From NCBI GenBank assembly GCA_031367385.1, contig JANLPS010000027.1, forward strand, positions 1-64,000: a DNA stretch of 64,000 bases. The letters are read 5' to 3'. Each line of letters starts with the position of its first letter. The first letter of the stretch is position 1. The position numbers were made by a program, and so were the translations under genes. Origin of the DNA: Archangium sp. GTDB lineage: Bacteria; Myxococcota; Myxococcia; Myxococcales; Myxococcaceae. Under the pieces are notes generated by a model that saw nothing but the letters and a program-made list of their open reading frames with translations, made no database searches and was not told where the DNA came from. Below are positions 49,758-58,150 of this stretch, piece after piece.

Positions 49758-50897
49758 TCAAACCGGCAAGATGCGCAGGTTCATCGCCCGCTCGGTGAGC
49801 CAGATGATGGCCAGCAGCAGGGTCGCGACCGAGCCGCCGATGAAGATGACCCGGCGGTAAGCGGTGGTCTCGCGCAGCAGGTACGCGAGCGGCACGAACA
49901 CGACCACCGTGGCCAGCTGCCCGAGCTCGACGCCCAGGTTGAAACCGAACAGCGTCACCAGCCGGTTGGCCGTGGGCAGGGCCAGGTCGCGCAGCGTCGA
50001 AGAGAACGCGAACCCGTGCAAAATGCCGAGGCAGAACGCGGCCGACCAGCGCTGGTTTCGCAGCACGGGGTAGAGGTTGTTCAACGCGGCGATCACGATT
50101 GACGCGGCGATGGCTGACTCGACGAAGCGCGAGGGCAGGGCGACCAGGCCGAAGGCCGACAGGCTCAGCGAGAGCGAGTGCGCCAGAGTGAAGGCCGTGA
50201 CGATTTTGAAGACGTCTTTGAGCGACGGCGCCAGGCCCGGCTGCCCCACCCACTTCGAGCCTTCGCGGCGCAGCACCGAGGGGAGCAGCAGGGCGAAGAG
50301 AAAGAGCAGGTGATCGAGGCCGCTCCAGATGTGCTCGACGCCGGTGGCGACGGTGCGTGAGAAATGGCCCCACGGGCTGGCGGCGGCGAGGTCGAGGGTG
50401 GCGTCGCGGTTCGCCTCTGAAAAGATGAAGGTCTGGGCCTGCCCATCGCGCTCCGCGTGCAAGATGCCGCGGTGGAGCGGGTCGATGGCAAAGAAGAGCC
50501 CGTAGTGCACTGAGAGCCGTTCAACCGGCCCGCTGCAGTGCCACGGGCTGTTGGCGACCAGGTAATTGCCATCGGAGTGCCGGGTGATGAGCCAGCTCCA
50601 TTCGCCCGGCGTGCAGCCGGAGAGTTGGAGCGCAGAACTGAGCATCGGCGCGAGGGTGGGCTCGGCGTGTTGCACCTCGGCCCAGGTGATGAGCCCGTCG
50701 CCGTTGCCATCGAGGTGAATGGCGTGGTCCAAGTCGCGCAGCGCGATGTCCCAGCGGAGGTCGAGCTGCTGCGGGTGCACCAGCACGGTGAGGTAGCTGT
50801 CGCTTGGCTTGTGGGCGAAGGCGGTGGCCGATGCGAGCACCGTGAGGAGCGTCAGGGCGCGAGCACCGGCCGAGGCGAAGTGCGAGAGGCGTTTCAT
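49758..50897 (-). CDS. HupE/UreJ-family membrane protein with periplasmic N-domain
   Basis: AFA-HKPSDSYL, GVEHIWSGLDHLLFL, TAFTLAHS, LHGF, FNLGVELGQ. Confidence 0.9.
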   Translation of the reverse strand: MKRLSHFASAGARALTLLTVLASATAFAHKPSDSYLTVLVHPQQLDLRWDIALRDLDHAIHLDGNGDGLITWAEVQHAEPTLAPMLSSALQLSGCTPGEWSWLITRHSDGNYLVANSPWHCSGPVERLSVHYGLFFAIDPLHRGILHAERDGQAQTFIFSEANRDATLDLAAASPWGHFSRTVATGVEHIWSGLDHLLFLFALLLPSVLRREGSKWVGQPGLAPSLKDVFKIVTAFTLAHSLSLSLSAFGLVALPSRFVESAIAASIVIAALNNLYPVLRNQRWSAAFCLGILHGFAFSSTLRDLALPTANRLVTLFGFNLGVELGQLATVVVFVPLAYLLRETTAYRRVIFIGGSVATLLLAIIWLTERAMNLRILPV

Positions 50898-52099
50898 GAG
50901 TCGAGCGCTCTGACTTTGCGAGCCAGCTCGAGCAGTGTCGGGTCTTCGGCGTGGTTGGCCTCGAGCGCCTCGAGCACTGGCTTCGCTTGCAGCGGCTGCT
51001 TCGCCGCCAGCGCCGCCTCGAGCAGAATGCGAGCGTCCCAGAATTCTTTCTGCACCTGCCAGTTGGCCACGGCGAGCTCGAGGGCCCGGGGTGCGTCGCG
51101 GTCGACCCACAGCACGAACCGGGCCTCTTCGCGGCGATGCAACGAATCTCCGCGGAGGTGACTCGCAGCGTACCGGCCGCGGAGCTCGTCGGCGTCGTCT
51201 TCGCTGTGACCCAGGGCGGTGTTGGCCAGCGCGCGGCGCAGCAACAGCCCGTCGTCGGTTCGGTCATCACCGAGCACCCTGAGCACCTCGGTGGGCCGCT
51301 TCGCGTCGAGCAAGAAATCGGCGTACGCGGAGACCAAGAAGTGATCGCCCGGGTCGATGGCGAGGGCCCGCTGCAGGCTGGTCTCGACGGCGGCGGTCTG
51401 CCCGCTGTGAGCGGCGGCCTCGGCGAGGGTCGAGAGCGCCCAGGCTTTCTCCTGAGGGTTCAGCCCCGAGGTCTCCTGGCGCAGGAGCGTGTCGAGGCGC
51501 TGATACGACTCGAGTGCTTTGCCGTGCTGGCTCTGCGCATTCGTCATGCACACCGTCTCGACGAACACGCCGCTCAGCGCACCCAGGGGGCGACAGCTCT
51601 GCTCTGACTGGGTGTAGTCACCGCGAACGGCGAGCACCACCGCGCGGGTGAGCCACGCCTGCGCGTTGTTCGGGTCGCGGCGCAGCAACGTCTCGAGGTC
51701 GATGAGCGATTCTTCGAAGCCGTGCATCGTTTGCTTGATGGTCGCGCGCAGCAGCAGCACATCGTCGGGCGGCTCGGCCTGACTCCACCAGGGAGCGAGC
51801 GCGGCCTGGGCGTACCCGATGTGCCGCGGGTCACCATTGGCACGGCCCTGCTGCAGCTCGAGGCGGGCGAGCTCGACGGCGGCGGCCTGGTCGGCGGGGT
51901 TCGTGACGAGGGCAGCACGCAGCGCCTCGGTCTTCTGCGAAGAAGGGTCATTGGCGCGTGCGGTGACGTGCTCGAGCACCTCATCGGGCGAGCTGGGCAG
52001 GTGCCCTTCGGTCTCTTCAGGCACCGCGCGCCGATAGACCGCGGAGATGGCCAGCAGGCCACCGGTGATCAACACCACGACCAGCAATGCACGCCGCAC
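50894..52099 (-). CDS. TPR-repeat membrane-anchored protein
   Basis: N-terminal TM segment, TPRs, HRREEARF, NWQVQKE; ATGA overlap with the HupE/UreJ gene. Confidence 0.85.
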   Translation of the reverse strand: MRRALLVVVLITGGLLAISAVYRRAVPEETEGHLPSSPDEVLEHVTARANDPSSQKTEALRAALVTNPADQAAAVELARLELQQGRANGDPRHIGYAQAALAPWWSQAEPPDDVLLLRATIKQTMHGFEESLIDLETLLRRDPNNAQAWLTRAVVLAVRGDYTQSEQSCRPLGALSGVFVETVCMTNAQSQHGKALESYQRLDTLLRQETSGLNPQEKAWALSTLAEAAAHSGQTAAVETSLQRALAIDPGDHFLVSAYADFLLDAKRPTEVLRVLGDDRTDDGLLLRRALANTALGHSEDDADELRGRYAASHLRGDSLHRREEARFVLWVDRDAPRALELAVANWQVQKEFWDARILLEAALAAKQPLQAKPVLEALEANHAEDPTLLELARKVRALDS

Positions 52100-52228
52100 A
52101 CCGCTTTATACGGCTCGGCCCCGGGGTTGGACTGTCGAATTTTCATGCTTTGCACCGCGCTCGGGCATCGAAAGGCCCGGTGAGGGGTTATTCCCCCGCC
52201 GCGCCCCTTTTTCTCCAAGGAGTACGCA

Positions 52229-52579
52229 ATGCGTTACGTATCTTCACTCTGGCTGATGCTGCTGTTTTCGAGTGTCGCGCTCGCGTCAGAGCCGACCGAG
52301 AACGACAAGATTCACTACCTGCTCTCCGCTGTCGGTTCGAGCGAGGCCACCTTCATTCGCAACGGGTCTGAGCATTCGGCCACCGAGGCGCAGACGCACC
52401 TCGAAGAAAAAATGAAGGCCGCCGGGAGCAAGGTCAAGACGGTCGATGACTTCATCACCCTCATCGCCTCGAAATCATTTCAGACCGGCAAGCCCTATCT
52501 CCTCAAAACGAAAGACGGGAAAACGGTCGAAGTGGCCGTGTGGCTGCGCGAGAAGCTCAAGCAGATGCCGAGCCGGTAG
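52229..52579 (+). CDS. DUF5329 (YfeK-like) secreted protein
   Basis: FIRNG.EH...EA..HL..K, FI..IASKS..TGKPY; AAGGAG RBS. Confidence 0.85.
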   Translation: MRYVSSLWLMLLFSSVALASEPTENDKIHYLLSAVGSSEATFIRNGSEHSATEAQTHLEEKMKAAGSKVKTVDDFITLIASKSFQTGKPYLLKTKDGKTVEVAVWLREKLKQMPSR

Positions 52580-52611
52580 CCTCGCCAGCAGATTCAGGCG
52601 GAAGGGGTGCT

Positions 52612-53055
52612 TCAAGGCCCGGCGTCGGCGGCTTCGGTCACCGCGCAGGTCGCCGGGTCATAATTCTTGCCAATGAATTCAGAGGGAAAGACGCGTCTGG
52701 TGATCACCTCGGCGACCTCCGGGGTCAAGGTCGAGCCGGCTGAGCAGTCACCCGCGATGGTGCCTGGTGCGAGCTCGATGCGGAGCGTCTCGCTGCGGGC
52801 GACCTGCCAGGGGTTGTTCGACGTGACCGCGATCAGGGAGCCCTTGCGCGAGAGCAGCGCGTACGCCGTGTCGCTGGTGGGCACCAGCCGCTGCTCGGCC
52901 GAGGTCTCGCCGGGAGAAAGAGGGTCGGGGAAGAGGGTGGTCGCCCACCAGACCTTGGAGACCTCGGTGTCGTCGGTGAAGGCGTTGAGCACCACGCCAG
53001 TCGTCGGCGTGTCGCAGCCTGAAAGACACAGCGCTATCAGCACGAAGTTTTTCAT
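52612..53055 (-). CDS. Lipoprotein immediately downstream of the TonB receptor
   Basis: Lipobox LSGC; starts 2 bp after the receptor stop. Confidence 0.75.
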   Translation of the reverse strand: MKNFVLIALCLSGCDTPTTGVVLNAFTDDTEVSKVWWATTLFPDPLSPGETSAEQRLVPTSDTAYALLSRKGSLIAVTSNNPWQVARSETLRIELAPGTIAGDCSAGSTLTPEVAEVITRRVFPSEFIGKNYDPATCAVTEAADAGP

Positions 53056-53057
53056 AT

Positions 53058-55514
53058 CTAGTCCAAGAAGACGGTGGCCGTCAGGCGAGCGGTGAAGGGG
53101 TAGGCCGGCGTAAAGTTGACGTCGTCGCACCCGGCGAATGAGCCGTTGGCTGAGGCGACGAGCCGGCCTTTGCTGCCGCAGTTGAAGCCCGCTGGCACGG
53201 GGCTCCCGAGGGCGGGCTCGGTGCGCAGCCGGCTGGTGGTGGCGAACTGAGCCGAGCGGTAATTGCCATTGAGCAGGTTCTCGATGTCGAGCGCCACGTC
53301 GAAGCGGCGGTGCCGGTAGCCCACGTGCACATCGAACTGGGTGAACCCGGGAGCCACCAAAGCTCCGTCGTCAGACGCAGGCCGGTCGCCGATGCCGTAG
53401 AACCGAAGGCCGCCGCGAAGAACGCCGGGCCCGAGCTCGTGCCGCGCCGAGAGGCCGCCCGACCACGTCTGCTTGGGCGCCAACGCCAACCCCCCGCCAT
53501 TCGCGCGGTCTTGACTGAATTGCGACTTGGTGAAGGTGACGTCGAGGTCTGCCGCGAGCCACTTGGTAATTTCGAAGCGGGTCTCGAACTCGACGCCGTA
53601 GCGATTGGTCGCCGCGTTCACACCAGTGGTGCCGTCGTCTCCGCTCCAAGTGGTCTCGTTGGCCAAGTCGAGCTGCCAGAGGGCCGCGGCGAAGTCCCAT
53701 CGGTTGAAGAGCCTCGTTCTCGCGCCGACCTCTTCTCCAATCGCGCGGGTCAGTGGGTTCACCGACGGCGAAGAGAACACACCGCGCACATCGTTCGAGT
53801 GAAAGCCGTGCCCATAGTTCAGGTAAACGTCGAGCTGCGCGTTCTCAAGGCTTACCGGAGTGACGATCGCCGAGAGCTTCGGGCTGAGTTGCACGGCACC
53901 ACCAACGCCACTCTTCGGAGCGGTCGGGTCGGCGCTGCTCAACCGGTTGTCGACCCCAAACGAGATCGAGTCTGCCCGGCCTCCGAGGTTGAAGCGCAGC
54001 CAGCGGGTGGGGCTTATCTCTTCGTTCGCGTAGAGCCCGATGAAGGTCTGATGCACGTCATTGTTGCGCGAAGTGCTCAGCTGAGTGCGATGCACGGTGC
54101 TCCACAGCTCTTCGTGAATGTCGTCACTGCGAAGGTCGGCGCCGATGCTGCTGTCGAAGCGCCAGGTGCCGAGCTCTTGAATGACTCGGTAGCTGACCTT
54201 GCCGCCGTAAAAGAGGCGCCGGTCGACCTGCTCGATTTCATCGCCGTTATCGGGGTCGCGCAGATTGAGTGTGAAGTTCGAGAAGAGATTGAAGCGATAG
54301 GTCGCGCCATAGAGCATGGCCTTGAGCTCGCTCTTGTCGGTGGGCCTCAGCCGGTACTGCACCGAGAGCTGGTGCCGCGCGCTGTCGCCGCCCTCATCAG
54401 GGTCGATCGAGCCGAAGCGTGAAATCAAGCCCTGCTCTACGCCGCGCGCGGGTATCTGGCCCGAGCCGTGCCAGTCGCCGCCGTAGCTCATCTCGGTGAT
54501 CGACAGGTCTGAATTCACTGTCGGGTGAAAGGTGATTTTATTGAAGAGTTTGTAGCGATTCCACTGCTCTGGGTTGTCGAATGGCCCGTTGGCGCGGCCT
54601 GCTTCCGCAGCGAAGGTGGCGGTGACGTTCTCGAGCTTCGGGCTGGCAATGAGCAAGGCTCGGTACGTTGGGGCCCCGTGCCCGGGAGATCCTCCGAAGC
54701 CCAGCCCGACTGAGCTGTGCTCGAAGTCATCTCGGGTCAGCATGTTGACCGAGCCGGCGGTCGCGAAGTCGCCTTGGCTGGCGAAGTAAGGGCCTTTGGT
54801 GACTTCGACCTTCTCGACCACCTCGGGGATGATGAAGTTGGTGTCGGTGTAGCCCTGCCCGTGGGCGTGCGAGACCATGTTGATGGGCACTCCATCGATG
54901 GAGATCGCCAGGTCGGTGCCGTGGTCGGCGTCGAAACCGCGCAGAAAATATTGGTTCGCCTTGCCGCCGCCCGAGTGCTGCACCATCACCAGGCCCGGCG
55001 TGACGCGCAGAATGTCTTGCACGCTGCCGATGGGGCGCAGCGCGAAGTCTCGGTCGCGCACCGAGAATGAAGAGGCGGCGCTGATCGGCCGCTGGGCCAA
55101 GACCGTCGTGGTCATCGGCGCGGTGGGCACGAGCACCAGAGGCGCATCGACTGGCGGCGTGAAGACCGAGGTGTATTTCACCACCACCGGCGTCGGCACC
55201 CCGTTCATCGTCGCGGGCTCGAAGACGTACTGGCGCGCCGCGACGCTGGCGGCCTCATCGAAGCCGTGGCCTGCCGACTCGGTCACGCGCAGGTCGACGA
55301 CCTTGCCCTGCTCGTTGACCAACAGCTCCAGACCGACGCTGCCCGCGATGCGCTGCCGAAGGGCGTCAGGTGGGTACTCTGCTTCGACCGAGGTCTTGAG
55401 CTCAGGTGGGTCGAAATCAACGCCTGCATCGGCAGACGCTCCAAACCCGACGTCTGCCGTGTGGGCGAACGCCGAGGTACTGACAACACAGAACAAGACT
55501 CGCGTGAAGTTCAC
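53058..55514 (-). CDS. TonB-dependent receptor with N-terminal TonB-C-like domain (probable metal uptake)
   Basis: YPPDA...GFDEAA (TonB-C); plug QHSGGGKANQYFLRGFDADHGTD, SHAHGQGY; GGAG RBS. Confidence 0.92.
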   Translation of the reverse strand: MNFTRVLFCVVSTSAFAHTADVGFGASADAGVDFDPPELKTSVEAEYPPDALRQRIAGSVGLELLVNEQGKVVDLRVTESAGHGFDEAASVAARQYVFEPATMNGVPTPVVVKYTSVFTPPVDAPLVLVPTAPMTTTVLAQRPISAASSFSVRDRDFALRPIGSVQDILRVTPGLVMVQHSGGGKANQYFLRGFDADHGTDLAISIDGVPINMVSHAHGQGYTDTNFIIPEVVEKVEVTKGPYFASQGDFATAGSVNMLTRDDFEHSSVGLGFGGSPGHGAPTYRALLIASPKLENVTATFAAEAGRANGPFDNPEQWNRYKLFNKITFHPTVNSDLSITEMSYGGDWHGSGQIPARGVEQGLISRFGSIDPDEGGDSARHQLSVQYRLRPTDKSELKAMLYGATYRFNLFSNFTLNLRDPDNGDEIEQVDRRLFYGGKVSYRVIQELGTWRFDSSIGADLRSDDIHEELWSTVHRTQLSTSRNNDVHQTFIGLYANEEISPTRWLRFNLGGRADSISFGVDNRLSSADPTAPKSGVGGAVQLSPKLSAIVTPVSLENAQLDVYLNYGHGFHSNDVRGVFSSPSVNPLTRAIGEEVGARTRLFNRWDFAAALWQLDLANETTWSGDDGTTGVNAATNRYGVEFETRFEITKWLAADLDVTFTKSQFSQDRANGGGLALAPKQTWSGGLSARHELGPGVLRGGLRFYGIGDRPASDDGALVAPGFTQFDVHVGYRHRRFDVALDIENLLNGNYRSAQFATTSRLRTEPALGSPVPAGFNCGSKGRLVASANGSFAGCDDVNFTPAYPFTARLTATVFLD

Positions 55515-55525
55515 GGTGTCTCCGC

Positions 55526-55586
55526 AAAAAAAAGTGGGCCAACGACCAGTCGCGACGAAAGAGAAACGTCGTTCGACTAGGGGCCC
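55526..55586 (-). terminator. Attenuator-type intrinsic terminator overlapping the end of the leader ORF
   Basis: Minus strand GGGCC-C-CTAGTCG-AA-CGACG-loop-CGTCG-CGACTGG-TCGTT-GGCCC-AC-T8. Confidence 0.65.
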
Positions 55587-55882
55587 TGCGGCATCTCGGA
55601 GGTGCGGTGACGCTCGACGAAGGGCGCTCTGGGTGAGGGGGCTTCGACGACTCGCGAAGCCACCAGCACCAGCGGTACCACCACAGTCACCGGCGGCGAC
55701 GAGAGCAACGCGCGCTGATGCTCGAAGCTGCCTTCACCGTGCGTCGCAGAGCTGGGCAACGACCCTGCATGCGTGTGTGCGTGCCCGTGAGACGACGCGT
55801 GCACGAGCGGTGCAACCACCAACGCCCAACCGAGCAGCCCGAGGGCCAGCAGCGAGAGCTCGAATCGGTCGCGGCGTTGCAT
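55577..55882 (-). CDS. His-rich membrane-targeted leader protein (DUF2946/CruR-like architecture)
   Basis: Hydrophobic N-segment, HASSHGHAHTH, Pro-rich linker, C-terminal MPQGP; AAGAGG RBS. Confidence 0.75.
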   Translation of the reverse strand: MQRRDRFELSLLALGLLGWALVVAPLVHASSHGHAHTHAGSLPSSATHGEGSFEHQRALLSSPPVTVVVPLVLVASRVVEAPSPRAPFVERHRTSEMPQGP

Positions 55883-55963
55883 TCGGGTCGGCCTCTTACC
55901 AGGAGCCGAATCGGGCCATGGCAGCTTTCACCACACGTATTCGGAGCCCGAGGTCGATTGGAT

Positions 55964-56413
55964 TCAGCGAACCCAAATCACGCCCTCCATCGTGGGCGCG
56001 TGGTTGTCGCAGAAATACGGGTAGATACCCGGGTTCTGAAAGGTCACGACATCGTTGTCAGCGCCCGAGTCACGGCGAATGATCGGCGTGGGCAGGGTGC
56101 CGCCAGTGCCGTGGTACTCGCCAGGCACCAGCGGGTGAACGCTGAAGTTGCCGACGAACGTGGCACTCTGGCCGGCCGAGATGATCAGACACTTGGGTGA
56201 GTAGCCGAGGGCCGGGCTGTCGCGCGCGGTGCCGAAGCCGATCTCGCGTTCTCCTGAGCGGCCGTCGACGAAGGCCTCGCTGGTGCAACCGTGAAAAACA
56301 GTCGGCACCACCGCCCCGGCATCGCTCGAAGCCACTCCCGAGTCGGCCCCGGAGACAGACGCCTGACCGCACCCGCTGAGCGCACCGATGATTAAGAGAG
56401 AGAACGATTTCAT
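55964..56413 (-). CDS. Cupredoxin (plastocyanin/azurin-like) lipoprotein
   Basis: Lipobox LSGC; H...YPYFCDNHAPTMEG type-1 Cu ligands. Confidence 0.88.
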   Translation of the reverse strand: MKSFSLLIIGALSGCGQASVSGADSGVASSDAGAVVPTVFHGCTSEAFVDGRSGEREIGFGTARDSPALGYSPKCLIISAGQSATFVGNFSVHPLVPGEYHGTGGTLPTPIIRRDSGADNDVVTFQNPGIYPYFCDNHAPTMEGVIWVR

Positions 56414-56539
56414 CTCGCCTCACTAATGGGTCGCCTGACCGATTTCTTGAAACAAATTTCGACCTCGACCGAAATCCACTCCGCGGCCAGGCCCGAATGA
56501 TGGCGCTCAGCGTTTCACGATTCTTCAAAAGGAGACCCC

Positions 56540-57235
56540 ATGATCGAAAAACTGAATCACCTCTCACGTCGCGACGCGGTGCTGACCAGCGCGGCTGGCC
56601 TCGGCATTGCGGCGGTGGCGCTCACCTCAGGCGTGGCCCGCGCTCAGTCGGCCGATGACTCGGCGGTGCTCAAGGCGCTCATCAAAGCCGAGCGAAACGC
56701 GATCAAGACCTACGAAGCGGGCGCGGGGGTCATTGACGCGGCTCCGACGACCGACGGGCTCAACGCCTACCGGGGCATCGTCAAAGCCATCGCGCTGCAC
56801 TTTCGCGCGCAGCACGTCGACCACGAGGCCAAGCTGGTGAAGTACCTCACCTCGCAGGGCGGCACCGATGACGTCGGCGCCGGCACGGCTCAAATACCTT
56901 CGGGTTTCGTGGCGAACATCAAGAACGTCGTCGATTTGGCAACCAACGCCGAGCGCGCCGCCGCGATCGCCTACACCGACGTACAAAAGTCGATTACCAA
57001 GGCCGAGAACGCCGAGCTGGCCGCCGCGATTGGCTCTGACGAGACGATGCACTTCGTGGTGCTTCAGCTGGTCGCCCGCGGGTTCGTGGTGCCGGCCGCG
57101 GCGACGCAGGGCAAGACGGCCGACGAGCTGGCTTCGGCCGCCGCCAAGTTCGCCGCCCGCAGCTTCGTGGTGACCATCGACGGAGCGCCCGGCCTCGATG
57201 ACCCCACGCTCGCCTACTACGACGTGACCCAATGA
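56540..57235 (+). CDS. Tat-exported ferritin-like protein
   Basis: SRRDAVL Tat motif; AE..AI..Y, H..H, AERAA..AY, DETMH. Confidence 0.85.
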   Translation: MIEKLNHLSRRDAVLTSAAGLGIAAVALTSGVARAQSADDSAVLKALIKAERNAIKTYEAGAGVIDAAPTTDGLNAYRGIVKAIALHFRAQHVDHEAKLVKYLTSQGGTDDVGAGTAQIPSGFVANIKNVVDLATNAERAAAIAYTDVQKSITKAENAELAAAIGSDETMHFVVLQLVARGFVVPAAATQGKTADELASAAAKFAARSFVVTIDGAPGLDDPTLAYYDVTQ

Positions 57236-57255
57236 CTTCGAAAGGCAACGACCCC

Positions 57256-57966
57256 ATGACTGTGAACAAAGACTCCTTGAATCGTCGCTCGTTGTTGCGT
57301 GGCGCAGCAGTGGTTGGCGCGACCGCGGCCGTGGCCGCTGCGTGCGGCGCGGCTCCCACCAGCACCACCGTCGATGCGGGCAGCGGCAGCGACGCGGGCG
57401 TCAACCCCGACATCGCCAACCTCAACGCGTTGCTCTCGGCTGAGTACAAGGCCATCGACGCCTACACGCAGGGCGCGGGCGTGCTGGCGGCCGATTCGTC
57501 AGATCTCGGCAAGCTGGTGCTCGCCGTGGCAGTCGAATTTCAAAGCGACCACAAAGCCCACGCCGCGCTGCTCGACCACACCATCACCTCGCTGGGCGGC
57601 ACGCCGACCACTGCGGCAGAGAACAAGTTCACGCTGCCTGCTGGGTTCAAGGCGTCGACTCCCAACGTGATGAAGCTGGCGTGCAACGCCGAGCGAGCGG
57701 CAGCGGTGGCGTACAACCAGGTGCTCAAGGGCCTCACCACCAAGAACAACCGCTTCATCGCCGCGGCCATCGAGGGTGACGAGACGCAGCACTACGTGGT
57801 GTTGGCGGCGCTGATCGAAGGGTTGGTCACGCCGACCGCAAATCTCACCGCGACCTCGAATGCCGACAAAGTCGTGCCACAGTCGTACGTGTCAGCCACG
57901 ACCGACCTGGGCGGAGCGGCCGGCCTCCAAGCCGAGAGCGATCAAGCAACCAACGACATGATGTAG
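57256..57966 (+). CDS. Tat-exported ferritin-like lipoprotein (paralog of the upstream gene)
   Basis: NRRSLL plus AAAC lipobox; AEYKAIDAY, DHKAH, AERAAAVAY, DETQH. Confidence 0.85.
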   Translation: MTVNKDSLNRRSLLRGAAVVGATAAVAAACGAAPTSTTVDAGSGSDAGVNPDIANLNALLSAEYKAIDAYTQGAGVLAADSSDLGKLVLAVAVEFQSDHKAHAALLDHTITSLGGTPTTAAENKFTLPAGFKASTPNVMKLACNAERAAAVAYNQVLKGLTTKNNRFIAAAIEGDETQHYVVLAALIEGLVTPTANLTATSNADKVVPQSYVSATTDLGGAAGLQAESDQATNDMM

Positions 57967-58150
57967 CTGCGACGCTTACGGTTGAATGACGACCTCGGTG
58001 GCGCCGGTGCTCGAGGCTCCGGCGACCACCGCCATGCGAAAGTACTCGGTTACTCCAATCGGCCACCGGAGCGCCATTCGCCAGGGCTCCGGGTGCCTTG
58101 GGGCTGAAAGCTGATCAACACCGCGCGCCGATGGTAGGCTGAGCGCGCCT

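Noticed and set aside
57976..58110. Minus-strand fragment ending FRMAVVAGASSTGATEVVIQP as a small gene
   Set aside because: No convincing start, RBS or motif; at most a gene remnant.
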